In this document: positions 34,235 to 43,252 of the stretch, one piece after another
How the letters are laid out: every line of letters starts with the position of its first letter
Numbering within the stretch: the first letter of the stretch is position 1
Virus record (IMG/VR): IMGVR_UViG_3300024308_000004
Location: 38,641 to 102,640 of that record
Source: a virus
Taxonomy: Duplodnaviria; Heunggongvirae; Uroviricota; Caudoviricetes
DNA length: 64,000 bases
Strand: one strand, 5' to 3'
Translations under genes and position numbers: made by a program
Notes under the pieces: generated by a model
Database searches by the model: none
What the model was told of the DNA's origin: nothing
What the model saw: the letters and a program-made list of their open reading frames with translations, nothing else

Positions 34235-34620
34235 TGGACGACGCGCATCCCAACACCATCAACGACCTGTTGGCCATCATCCATCGTGATGGTGGTCACT
34301 ATCAGGAAGAACACGGTCTGGAAGAAGCCTTGCGTCGTGCTGCGGAAATCGTGGTCAACGAACGCGCCCGCTTGGAACTCCAGGAGCGCATGAACGGTCA
34401 AGCGTTTCGTTCCGGCATGACAACTGGCCGAAACATCGCCAACATGGAGCGCCTGGGTGCACAGCCTATCAACGGCGAGGTCGAAGAACTTACCGCTCGC
34501 GTCAACCGTTACTCCAATGCGCTGTCGATCATTCGCAATGGCGATCCAATGCCGGAACGTATCGCGGACGAAGCGTTGTACGGCGAGCAACGTGCAGCCA
34601 TCGGTGTAGTACGTGGGTAA
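34231..34620 (+). CDS. Hypothetical protein
   Basis: 129-aa ORF. Confidence 0.4.
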   Translation: MMDDAHPNTINDLLAIIHRDGGHYQEEHGLEEALRRAAEIVVNERARLELQERMNGQAFRSGMTTGRNIANMERLGAQPINGEVEELTARVNRYSNALSIIRNGDPMPERIADEALYGEQRAAIGVVRG

Positions 34621-34743
34621 GCCGACACACTACTTGGTACGCTTCGCACGACCTGGAGGTGGCATCGACCGTCTGATCGTAAAGAAGCCACGCAACGCTA
34701 AGAAGGAGGTTGATCCCAGCCTCATTCTTAGCGTTGTTCCTAT

Positions 34744-35601
34744 TTGGGAAATCAAAACAGGCAGGGCATACAAGTGACCATCAAGATCACTCCAATCAGT
34801 GACACCCATCAGGAATTTGGCGAGTACGAAGCTGGGTTCGGTGAAGGCGACGTGTGCGTGCTGGCTGGTGACAACAACGTCGCCTTGCATCTGGCATCCA
34901 ACAACGAAATCATCCTGGCCCGTGACATGCTGGGTCGTGCGCAGCGCCAGATTGCGAAAGCATTGGAGACGCACGATCATGTGGTGATGATCGCTGGCAA
35001 CCACGAACACTACGCCGGGTTCTTCAATCTCACCCATCGGATCATGCGTGACAAACTGGGCTCCGAGCGCGTGCATATCCTGGACAAGGAAACCTGGCAC
35101 CATAAGGGCGTTGATTTCTACGGCGCTACCATGTGGACTGACATTGCCGGTGGTAATCGCAAGGCGATTGATCGTGTGCATCAGGGCATGATGGACTATC
35201 AGGAAATCTGGATGCACGATTCGTTCCAGTCCCCGCCTGAGCGCAAGCTGCATCCCTTGGACACCATTGAGGATCACTTGCAGGCCATGATTGCCTTGCA
35301 AGAAGCGCGCGAAGCAGCACGCGAGAATTCAAACCGTCTCGTGGTTGTCACGCATCATGCTCCAAGCCCTAAGTCATTGCTGCCCAAGTATCAAATAGGT
35401 GGCAAGTACGCCGCGCTGTCCCCTGCGTATTATTCTGATCTGGAACACGCAATGCCCGGTGTTGATCTGTGGATTCACGGTCACATGCACGACACGTTTG
35501 ACTACCGGGTGGGTGACACGCGTGTGGTTTGTAACCCATGTGGGATTCTGGGTCACAGGCTGAATCTCAGTTTCAATCCCAAACTTTCTATCGAGGTATA
35601 A
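34744..35601 (+). CDS. Calcineurin-like metallophosphoesterase
   Basis: Motifs PISDTHQ, VLAGDNN, IAGNHEHY, VVVTHHAP, WIHGHMHD. Start position uncertain. Confidence 0.6.
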   Translation: MGNQNRQGIQVTIKITPISDTHQEFGEYEAGFGEGDVCVLAGDNNVALHLASNNEIILARDMLGRAQRQIAKALETHDHVVMIAGNHEHYAGFFNLTHRIMRDKLGSERVHILDKETWHHKGVDFYGATMWTDIAGGNRKAIDRVHQGMMDYQEIWMHDSFQSPPERKLHPLDTIEDHLQAMIALQEAREAARENSNRLVVVTHHAPSPKSLLPKYQIGGKYAALSPAYYSDLEHAMPGVDLWIHGHMHDTFDYRVGDTRVVCNPCGILGHRLNLSFNPKLSIEV

Positions 35602-35602
35602 A

Positions 35603-35956
35603 ATGACAAAGCAAGAACGGCGCCTGAACCTGGGCCTGGGTATCTTCGCAGCAATGGTCTTCGCAGGCAGCATCTTGCAGTGGAGTATCGTTGCGTTCCT
35701 GGTGGGACTGATTGTTGCCATCGCCATGATCTTCTGTCTCATGGGGCTGTGGGCTTCGATGGACGATGAATGGGTTGCCAAGCAACGCTTCCAGAAGACA
35801 CCCATCTGGAAGTACGTGTACGACCTGGCGATCCTGGCCATGTTGAGCGTGCCCAGCACCAATGCAATCGCCATCATGTACGCCATCAACTTCGCAATGG
35901 CTTTGCACATCAAGTACCGTTACAACCGAGTCAATCGGATCGTATCGAGCAAGTAA
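35603..35956 (+). CDS. Membrane protein (3-4 TM helices)
   Basis: Hydrophobic segments LGLGIFAAMVFAGSILQWSIVAFLVGLIVAIAMIFCLMGLWA and AILAMLSVPSTNAIAIMYAINFAMAL. Confidence 0.45.
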   Translation: MTKQERRLNLGLGIFAAMVFAGSILQWSIVAFLVGLIVAIAMIFCLMGLWASMDDEWVAKQRFQKTPIWKYVYDLAILAMLSVPSTNAIAIMYAINFAMALHIKYRYNRVNRIVSSK

Positions 35957-36180
35957 TCTGCGGATCGATTTTAAAGCGCATGGGGCTCGCTCTGTGCGCT
36001 TTTCTTTTGCGCGACGATAAGTGATCGCAGTCAGCACAGGAAGCAGCTTAGAACGCGTCCCACGAGCTTGGGCCCGGGCTGGGTAAATTCTATCACCGGA
36101 CCAGTATAATGCTTTTGACGTTAACACCAGTAAGTTACCTGTTTAAACTACAAGCAACTAACTACTTACTGGAGCGGTTT

Positions 36181-36486
36181 ATGCGGACCCGGTTACTTGC
36201 AATCATTGCGGCGCTGGCAATCTCCGGCGTGACCCAAGCTGCTACGGTGTTCAAAGCGACACCTGCACCCGGCTCCAAGTCTGAACTGGAGCTGACGGAC
36301 GAACCAATCATCCAGTGTCCGGCTGGGACCAACTACGCTTTTGGAAAGCTGCACGACGGTACACCCGTCGAAGGCTGCTGGGTCTACAACGCTCGGCAAA
36401 ATGTCGTGACGTTCTTCCGACTGCCTGCTTACACCAAGATCGAAATTCCTGCCTACGTTTTCAAGCGAGTGGAGCAACCCATCTAA
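36181..36486 (+). CDS. Secreted small protein
   Basis: Signal peptide MRTRLLAIIAALAISGVTQA/A. CCAGTATAAT promoter-like motif 70 nt upstream. Confidence 0.45.
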   Translation: MRTRLLAIIAALAISGVTQAATVFKATPAPGSKSELELTDEPIIQCPAGTNYAFGKLHDGTPVEGCWVYNARQNVVTFFRLPAYTKIEIPAYVFKRVEQPI

Positions 36487-36689
36487 TGTTCACCACCGGT
36501 TCTTACATGTTCCCGCGTGTGTCGATTTGGGGTGACTGGATCCTCCCGACACTTGATAAGGTACGCAAGTGGCTCACAACCGGCCGTACCAACTCGCGTG
36601 GACCCAGCGGTCCACGTCATTATCGACCGGCATATCGCTAAATCGTCCCGCGCCGCCGGGCACTTTCCCGCAACTCCATAGAGGATCAC

Positions 36690-37139
36690 ATGACTGAAAC
36701 TACCAAACCCACCCTGCGTGAAGAAACCGAATTGGCTTTTGTTGAGTACGGTTTCCAGTTCAATCAGGCTGAATTCTTATCCCGGATCGCCAGCAACCCG
36801 TTGTTCGCTGCCATCCAGCGTGAGCAAGACCGTCAGGTTGCAAAGTGGGGCGTGCAGGATCACCCGTCATTCGATGCTGGTGCTGACCTGGAAGAACGTC
36901 AAGGTCTTTCTAACACCATCAAGTCGATGGTCGACGCCAGTGCCAAGCGAGGGACCTTGGTCTGGGAAGAAATCATGTCCGAAGAAGTCGCAGAGGCCCT
37001 TGCGGAACTGAACGACGACGAAGCTCTCAAGACCGAACTGATCCAGATTGCAGCCGTTGCGCTGTCGTGGGTCGAGTCCATCAATCGCAAGGAGTCCGCA
37101 GGTGGCGATCAAGTCCCCGAAGTTCAAGCCGCCGAGTAA
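36690..37139 (+). CDS. Possible MazG-like all-alpha NTP pyrophosphohydrolase
   Basis: REQDRQVAKWG and EEVAEALAELNDDEALKTELIQIAAVALSWVESI helices resemble the MazG/HisE-type EExxE metal-binding helices. Weak assignment. Confidence 0.3.
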   Translation: MTETTKPTLREETELAFVEYGFQFNQAEFLSRIASNPLFAAIQREQDRQVAKWGVQDHPSFDAGADLEERQGLSNTIKSMVDASAKRGTLVWEEIMSEEVAEALAELNDDEALKTELIQIAAVALSWVESINRKESAGGDQVPEVQAAE

Positions 37140-37418
37140 AACAACGGGCGCTAACGGCGACAAGATTGAGATTTACGGGTGGAACAAGACCTGTAAGTAT
37201 TGTGGCAAGGCTGATCTGCGTTGGGTTGGTGTAACCAACGCAGATACCGGCACCAAGAAGTGGTCGCTTGAAGAACGGGACTCGACAACGCCATCTGGTG
37301 TGCGAGTCCATCGTTGCCCTGCGTACACTGCAAGAGACAAAGCGCGAGAAGAAGGACTCGACCCGGCAACGGTTGTTACTCCTAGCGCACCCACACAAGA
37401 AAACTACGGAGAGTGGTA

Positions 37419-37754
37419 ATGAACAAGGTTTTGATCGCATTCCAGGCCGATTACGCCGATGAATTCGACGTGTACGGCTGGGCTGTGCGTGACCAGGATT
37501 ACTGGGAGAAGTTCCAGGCACAAGCTGCCGCGTGGTTTGCAAACAACCCCGGCAAGACGCTGGAGTTCTGGTTTGGTGGCAATGAAGTCATCGAATTCGA
37601 CAGCCTTGAGGACTTCCAGGCAGCGTACGCTGCCAAGCCCATCACTGACGAACAGGCAGATGGGATCGTCGGCGTCTGGGGTGATCTGGCGACACAACCT
37701 CGTTTGGGCGTTACTTACGGCCACTTCTGTGAGCCATCGGAGTTCGGCGAATGA
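37419..37754 (+). CDS. Hypothetical protein
   Basis: ATG overlaps the upstream stop (TAATG). Confidence 0.4.
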   Translation: MNKVLIAFQADYADEFDVYGWAVRDQDYWEKFQAQAAAWFANNPGKTLEFWFGGNEVIEFDSLEDFQAAYAAKPITDEQADGIVGVWGDLATQPRLGVTYGHFCEPSEFGE

Positions 37755-38134
37755 ACGAGAACATGATGCTGAACCCTGGCGAGTCCATTCTGTTTATGTC
37801 CAACGGTTCGGGCGGCAAGATGGTGAACACCACGCGCGTGTTCACGACTGTGGAAGAATTCCGCAATTACGTGCGCGAGAACGCCAACATCATGGAGGCG
37901 TACCCGGGCCGCAAAGTCGGCGACACGGTTCATTCGTACACCTACACGTATGGCCCACGAAAGGGCTCGACCAGTCATACGATCCTGGTTCGTGAAGGTC
38001 ATCATGTGTCGATGTGGGGTCAGTTCTACGTCGCCAGCCCCGACAAGCCACCCAAGCGCTTTGAACTGACTGCCGAAATGATCGGAATGGTCAGTGTCAA
38101 GACCAAAACCAAGAACATCAAGCCGAGTACCTGA
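37751..38134 (+). CDS. Hypothetical protein
   Basis: 127-aa ORF. Confidence 0.4.
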   Translation: MNENMMLNPGESILFMSNGSGGKMVNTTRVFTTVEEFRNYVRENANIMEAYPGRKVGDTVHSYTYTYGPRKGSTSHTILVREGHHVSMWGQFYVASPDKPPKRFELTAEMIGMVSVKTKTKNIKPST

Positions 38135-38135
38135 T

Positions 38136-38447
38136 ATGACCCGCGTTGTCGAAGCTCATCCGAAAGTCCTGGTGATGCGCAATCCCAAGACCGAATCCAA
38201 AGAAAAGTTCATGGCTCGTGCCGAAGAACTCGCAGATCGGCTGTACGAGGAGCCGGTTGAGGCTGAGACCGTGGAAGAGTCGGTCGAGGAAACGATCCAG
38301 ACCATACGCTCGGTGAAAACCGAACTGGACTACTTGCGTTGGTGGCACAACAACTTCGGTTCGGATGACACGGACGTGCGAGCAACGATGAACGCCCGTT
38401 ACGTCGAGGCAGGTGGGATAATCCCCGAAGGCTACCAAAATGAGTAA
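38136..38447 (+). CDS. Hypothetical acidic protein
   Basis: ATG at 38136 within ORF 38094-38447. Confidence 0.4.
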   Translation: MTRVVEAHPKVLVMRNPKTESKEKFMARAEELADRLYEEPVEAETVEESVEETIQTIRSVKTELDYLRWWHNNFGSDDTDVRATMNARYVEAGGIIPEGYQNE

Positions 38448-38782
38448 GTGGACGCCTCGTGTTGGTCAGCGCGTGCAATTGAATAAGGTGGGGTATGCAA
38501 CGCTTCACCTGACTTCCAACGAAGCGCATGAACAAGCCAAGCAAATGGTGATTACGGATGTGGAGAACCTCGGGTACGCACATGCGCCCATCTGGGCCAT
38601 CGAGGTTGACCAGCCGCTTATCAATGTTTTCCTCCTCGACTCGTCAATGGTCGACCCACTCTTTTGAGGTGTCTATGATCGGCTTCATCAAAGCAATCAT
38701 CCAAATGATTCGTGACGGTTTCGCGCTGCATCATGCGGCTCACCGTCGTCACGGTGGCAACCCCTGGAAATAAGGAACCAAT

Positions 38783-39940
38783 ATGTGTATCTCCGAACTG
38801 CATGGTGGCCGTATCAAGCTGTGGACTCCGATCCACGAGGTTGAATCGGCTGCCCTGGACCAACTCAAGAACATCGCCAACCTGCCGTGGATGTTCAAGC
38901 ATGTGGCAGCGATGCCGGATGTTCACTTCGGCAAGGGTGCGACCGTGGGCAGCGTCATCGCCATGCAAAACGCCGTGTCGCCTGCTGCGGTAGGTGTTGA
39001 CATTGGTTGTGGCATGGGTGCCGTGCTGACGAACCTGACTGCAAAAGACCTGCCGGAATCGCTGCGTGAAATCCGTGCGCAGATCGAACGGGACGTGCCG
39101 GTCGGCTTCAACCGTCATGATTCCGGTCTGACGTTGGGTGCCAAGTCTGTCATGCACACCTTCAAGGACCTGCGTGCGCCCGTATCCACCGTCGAAAAGA
39201 CGGCTCACTGTCAGATCGGTACGTTGGGTGGTGGTAACCACTTCATCGAAATCTGTCTGGACACTACCGACCGCGTGTGGGTGGTGTTGCATTCGGGTTC
39301 GCGCAACATCGGCAAGACGTTGGCTGAGCATCACATCGCCATCGCACGCAAGCTGATCCACAACGAGACCCTGCCGGACCGAGACCTGGCTGTGTTCCTG
39401 CGTGGCACCAAGGAGATAGATGATTATCGCCATGACCTGATGTGGGCGCAGCAGTACGCGTTTGAGAACCGCGCCCACATGAAGGAACTGGTGATGGCTG
39501 CGATCAAGCGGCATATTCCGCATCTGTCCGAAGTGGATTACATCGCGTGTCACCACAACTACGTGTCCGAAGAAACTCACTTCGGCGAAGACGTAATCGT
39601 GACCCGCAAAGGCGCGATTTATGCTGGTCGTGGCGTGTACGGGATCATCCCGGGTTCAATGGGCACCAAGTCGTACATCGTCCGTGGCCTGGGCAACGAG
39701 GAATCGTACTGCTCGGCATCACACGGCGCTGGTCGTCGCATGTCGCGTGGCGCCGCAAAGCGTGCGTTCACCAAGGAAGACCTGGCCGAGCAAACCCAGG
39801 GCGTTGAGTGCCGCAAGGATGAAGGTGTGATCGATGAAATCCCGGCAGCATACAAGGATATCGATCAGGTGATGGAGAACCAGAAGGACCTGGTCGAAGT
39901 CGTGGCTGAACTCAAACAGGTCATGTGCGTAAAGGGGTAA
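38783..39940 (+). CDS. rtcB: RtcB-family RNA 3'-phosphate/5'-OH ligase
   Basis: Signature HFGKGATVGSV, metal-binding C (DIGCGMG), GGGNHFIEI, HSGSRNIG, and an HHNY region containing the catalytic His. Confidence 0.85.
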   Translation: MCISELHGGRIKLWTPIHEVESAALDQLKNIANLPWMFKHVAAMPDVHFGKGATVGSVIAMQNAVSPAAVGVDIGCGMGAVLTNLTAKDLPESLREIRAQIERDVPVGFNRHDSGLTLGAKSVMHTFKDLRAPVSTVEKTAHCQIGTLGGGNHFIEICLDTTDRVWVVLHSGSRNIGKTLAEHHIAIARKLIHNETLPDRDLAVFLRGTKEIDDYRHDLMWAQQYAFENRAHMKELVMAAIKRHIPHLSEVDYIACHHNYVSEETHFGEDVIVTRKGAIYAGRGVYGIIPGSMGTKSYIVRGLGNEESYCSASHGAGRRMSRGAAKRAFTKEDLAEQTQGVECRKDEGVIDEIPAAYKDIDQVMENQKDLVEVVAELKQVMCVKG

Positions 39941-39942
39941 CC

Positions 39943-40179
39943 ATGAAAGCATCTGATGCCAAAGCCCTCTCGGAAAAGAACACCATTCCGACCGAACTGG
40001 AAATGCAAGCCATTTACAACGCCATTCGTGGGCGTTGTTTGATGGGTAAGCGTGACCTTTACATCAATTGGCCCGGAAAGGCAGTCGCCATCATTGCCAT
40101 CCTGCGCAACAAGGGCTACAAGGTTGATATGAGCCCCACCCGACAGCCCGGTCCCGACCAAATGCGAATCTCGTGGTAA
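39943..40179 (+). CDS. Hypothetical protein
   Basis: ATG at 39943 within ORF 39925-40179. Confidence 0.35.
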   Translation: MKASDAKALSEKNTIPTELEMQAIYNAIRGRCLMGKRDLYINWPGKAVAIIAILRNKGYKVDMSPTRQPGPDQMRISW

Positions 40180-40221
40180 AACATCCCGACGTATAGTAAT
40201 TACACACAACGGAGACAAAAC

Positions 40222-40713
40222 GTGACAAAGAAACGCCTTTTCGTGGACCTGGACGGTGTATGTGCCGGGTTCGATGAACATTACCTGGCCACATTCGGCA
40301 AGGACCTGCGTGAAGGCGCAGTTTCGGACGAAGAACTGTGGGCGAATGTGGATTCGTATGAAGGTGACTTCTTCTACGATCTGCCGGTCTTACCCGGTAC
40401 GCAGGAAGCCCTGCAAACGCTGCGTGATTGCGGCTATGAAATCGTCTACCTGACTGCGTGCCCGGCCAGCAATTACGGTTACGTAGCACAACAGAAGCAC
40501 GACTGGGTGCGGATGAAGCTGGAAGATCAGGATGCCCTGGTCATTCCCATCGTCGGTGGCAAGAACAAAGCCAAGCTGATCCAATTCCAGGGCGACGTTC
40601 TGATCGATGACTTCCACAAGAACACCCAGGCGTGGGCCGATGCTGGTGGCGAACCGATCCTGCATACGGATTGGGCCAAGTCACTACTGACGCTGGAAGC
40701 CCTGCACGCGTAA
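40222..40713 (+). CDS. HAD-family 5'(3')-deoxyribonucleotidase-like
   Basis: FVDLDGVCAGF (DxDxV motif I) and the later VLIDD motif, as in NT5C-type deoxyribonucleotidases. Confidence 0.65.
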   Translation: MTKKRLFVDLDGVCAGFDEHYLATFGKDLREGAVSDEELWANVDSYEGDFFYDLPVLPGTQEALQTLRDCGYEIVYLTACPASNYGYVAQQKHDWVRMKLEDQDALVIPIVGGKNKAKLIQFQGDVLIDDFHKNTQAWADAGGEPILHTDWAKSLLTLEALHA

Positions 40714-40766
40714 TACGCCCCGCGCCGCCGAGACAAAAACGATAACTCCATACAGAGCAAAAGATC

Positions 40767-41627
40767 ATGCCGCATCTGCAAATGTTCAACCACAAAATTC
40801 GTCGGATGGATCAACCGTTCGATGACACCAAAGCCAAAATTATGATTTCGTTGGCCTACGAATGGTCCGAAAAGTGGTATTGGTGGTGGTTCGCCGATCA
40901 CCCGAACGAACTGGCGTGGCGTTGCGTTGGTAACGATATCCAGGTCAAGATCGAAGGCAATTGGACTGATGCGATCTGGCTGGGTTCGGAAAGCTCCGAG
41001 TGGGTCAACATCATTCGGAGCGACACGTACACGGACGCTTATATCCAGATTCTGGACGGTCGCGTGCATGATACGTGCTTTGCCATCTGGGAAAAGAGCG
41101 ACATTGAGTCCAACTACGGTGCGCTCAACAAGGAATACTTCGCAACGGTCGGCAAGACCCACAAGGGTCGGGGTTGTAAGAACATGCCAGACTTCACCAA
41201 GGATCAGCTGGAAACCCTGCGCAAGAAGATCGGTGACCGTTATCTGGAGTGCGCGAAGCGCTGGTTTGAGCGAAACGACGTGGATGCCAAGTACGAAATG
41301 GAGTACCACGCTGGTCGTCTGGCTGAAATTGGCTTCAAGCCTCCGGAACACAATTACACCAAGCCCGACCCCATTGTAGTCCCGGTGTATCATTACGAGG
41401 GTGCGACGTTCATCACTGATCCTGAGGAAACGCATAATGGCGACAGTGCTTGCGAATGCGCCAAGTGCGACCACAGCCAAGATGCTTACGAGGACGAGGA
41501 TTCGTGCAGTTGCGACAATTGTATGGATAATCTGGACCACTGGACGAGCAATGGTCGCAATCCTGACCACTGCAACTTCTGTAAGGAGTTCGCCAAGCAT
41601 ATTGGTCATGACGAAGAGGAGGACTGA
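40767..41627 (+). CDS. Hypothetical protein with Cys/His-rich acidic C-terminus
   Basis: CECAKCDHSQ ... CSCDNCMDNLDHW ... HCNFCKEFAKHIGH cluster. Confidence 0.45.
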   Translation: MPHLQMFNHKIRRMDQPFDDTKAKIMISLAYEWSEKWYWWWFADHPNELAWRCVGNDIQVKIEGNWTDAIWLGSESSEWVNIIRSDTYTDAYIQILDGRVHDTCFAIWEKSDIESNYGALNKEYFATVGKTHKGRGCKNMPDFTKDQLETLRKKIGDRYLECAKRWFERNDVDAKYEMEYHAGRLAEIGFKPPEHNYTKPDPIVVPVYHYEGATFITDPEETHNGDSACECAKCDHSQDAYEDEDSCSCDNCMDNLDHWTSNGRNPDHCNFCKEFAKHIGHDEEED

Positions 41628-41755
41628 TGGAAGAATGTTGTAATTGTGGTTGCGAAGTGTACGAGGAAGATGTAACTTGGGATGACGACGGCCAGCCGTG
41701 GTGTCCTGATTGTGCCGAAATGCACGACATTGAACAGTACGACGAAGCAGCCTAA
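41627..41755 (+). CDS. Small zinc-ribbon protein (42 aa)
   Basis: CCNCGC ... CPDC motifs. Under 60 aa. Confidence 0.3.
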   Translation: MEECCNCGCEVYEEDVTWDDDGQPWCPDCAEMHDIEQYDEAA

Positions 41756-42073
41756 ACTACAGAGACGCAATGGTTCGCTACGGGTTGCGTCTCCGTTTAT
41801 GTCATCGTAGCGAGCTACTGCAACAACCCGGCAATAAAGGTAAGCGCATGGGAAAGACGTATCGCAAAGAAAAGCCTCAGTACAAGAAGGCCCGTGAGGA
41901 CGACGCCGCACACAAAAAGGTCGATCATGACCACGAGCGGACAACAGCACGACGCCAGATGCGTGAGGTTTTACAACACGACTGGGAGGATGAGGAAGAT
42001 GAGTGAGAAGGGCACAGTGATCGACAACGGCGTTGAAGGCTAAAAAGTCCGATTAAATCTGGCTTTTCAAATC

Positions 42074-42115
42074 ATCCCGCGTTATTCTAGGACTTTAGTT
42101 CTAGGAGCGCGGGAT
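42074..42115 (+). promoter_or_regulatory. Hairpin sequestering the HNH start codon and RBS
   Basis: ATCCCGCG ... CGCGGGAT inverted repeat. The 3' arm contains the RBS TAGGAG and the AT of the ATG (42114). The inner region carries TTCTAGG direct repeats. Confidence 0.4.
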
Positions 42116-42569
42116 GAAGCTTTGTAAGGATTGTGAAGTAGAAATGACAGAGGAGAACACCTATAAATCAGGTGGCTCTTACTGCAAACCTTGTGCGCAA
42201 GCGCGGACTCGCAGACACTACCACGAAAACAAAGAAAAGCGGGTAGAGTACGGCAAGACGTATAAGAAAAAGACCAAATACCATCAAAGGACTTGGTTAA
42301 AAGAAAAGTTAGCCTGCCTTGAGCATTACTCGGGCGGCAAGCCGTACTGTAAAGGTTGCGGCATAGAGAACTTAGAGGTTCTCACTATCGACCACATTCA
42401 CGAAGATGGCGCTGCTCACCGAAAGGAAATTGGGCAAAGCGTTCAACGCTGGTTGATTGCAAACAAATTCCCCGAAGGTTTTCAGGTGCTTTGTTGGAAT
42501 TGCAACAACGCCAAGCATCGTCATGGCGAAATTCCTCGGTATACTTATCGGCAATTAACCGGAGTATAA
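42114..42569 (+). mobile_element. HNH homing endonuclease ORF (low-GC insertion-like cassette)
   Basis: HNH motif LTIDHIHEDG ... CWNCNNAKHRHG plus N-terminal zinc-finger Cys pairs. Visibly lower GC (eyeballed as mid-40s percent) than flanking DNA. Confidence 0.8.
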
Positions 42570-42571
42570 CC

Positions 42572-43135
42572 ATGGCCACAATCAAAGTAATGGGCATCGA
42601 CGCGGCTTTCTCAAACGTCGGATTCGCCCTGACAGAAATGGACTTAACGAATCCCAAGAAAGCCATTGTGAAATTGCTTGATCTGCATATTGTGCAGACA
42701 GAGGGATTAAAGAAACGCCCGAAGGGTGTTCCTAAGTCCGCAGATGACATGCGCCGAGCGCGTGAATCCATCGAAGCGATCCGAGCCAAGATCGCAGAGT
42801 GGCAGCCCGACTACATCGTCGCGGAAGTTCCATTCGGCTCACAATCCGCACGTAGCGCTTGGACTCTAGGTATCGCCCTGGGGATTTTGTCGTCCATTGA
42901 TGGCTTGATTCAAGTCACCCCACGACAAGTCAAGGCAGCGACCGGTGAGGCGTATGCTGACAAAGAGGAAATGATTGCGTGGGCAATGGACAAATTCCCG
43001 GATGGTCCTTGGAAGATGCGCAAGTTACACGGCAAATACATCCAAGTGGCATCAACCAACGAACATATGGCCGACGCAGTTGCCGCCACGTTCGCGGGAA
43101 TTCCAGAGATTTACGGGAAGATGCAAGCATCTTAA
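42572..43135 (+). CDS. RuvC-like Holliday junction resolvase
   Basis: N-terminus VMGIDAAFSNVGFAL (compare RuvC ILGIDPGSRVTGYGV), acidic DYIVAEVPFG, and C-terminal EHMADAVAATFAG (compare RuvC DAADALAIA). GC lower than the phage average, as for the HNH gene. Confidence 0.6.
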   Translation: MATIKVMGIDAAFSNVGFALTEMDLTNPKKAIVKLLDLHIVQTEGLKKRPKGVPKSADDMRRARESIEAIRAKIAEWQPDYIVAEVPFGSQSARSAWTLGIALGILSSIDGLIQVTPRQVKAATGEAYADKEEMIAWAMDKFPDGPWKMRKLHGKYIQVASTNEHMADAVAATFAGIPEIYGKMQAS

Positions 43136-43252
43136 AACCCCACGGTATAATGACAACGTAACTGTGAAGCTCTACGAGGGTTCCCTGATATATCAGCCTC
43201 AGACCCACTGATATAACATGGGAACCCTTTTCAAAAACGACCAGAGGAAGAA

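Noticed and set aside
42114-43135. HNH plus RuvC-like pair considered as an IscB/Cas9-ancestor-like RNA-guided nuclease
   Set aside because: HNH and RuvC motifs are in two separate, normal-sized proteins (151 and 187 aa) rather than a split-RuvC with inserted HNH. No adjacent structured omega-RNA-like region is evident.
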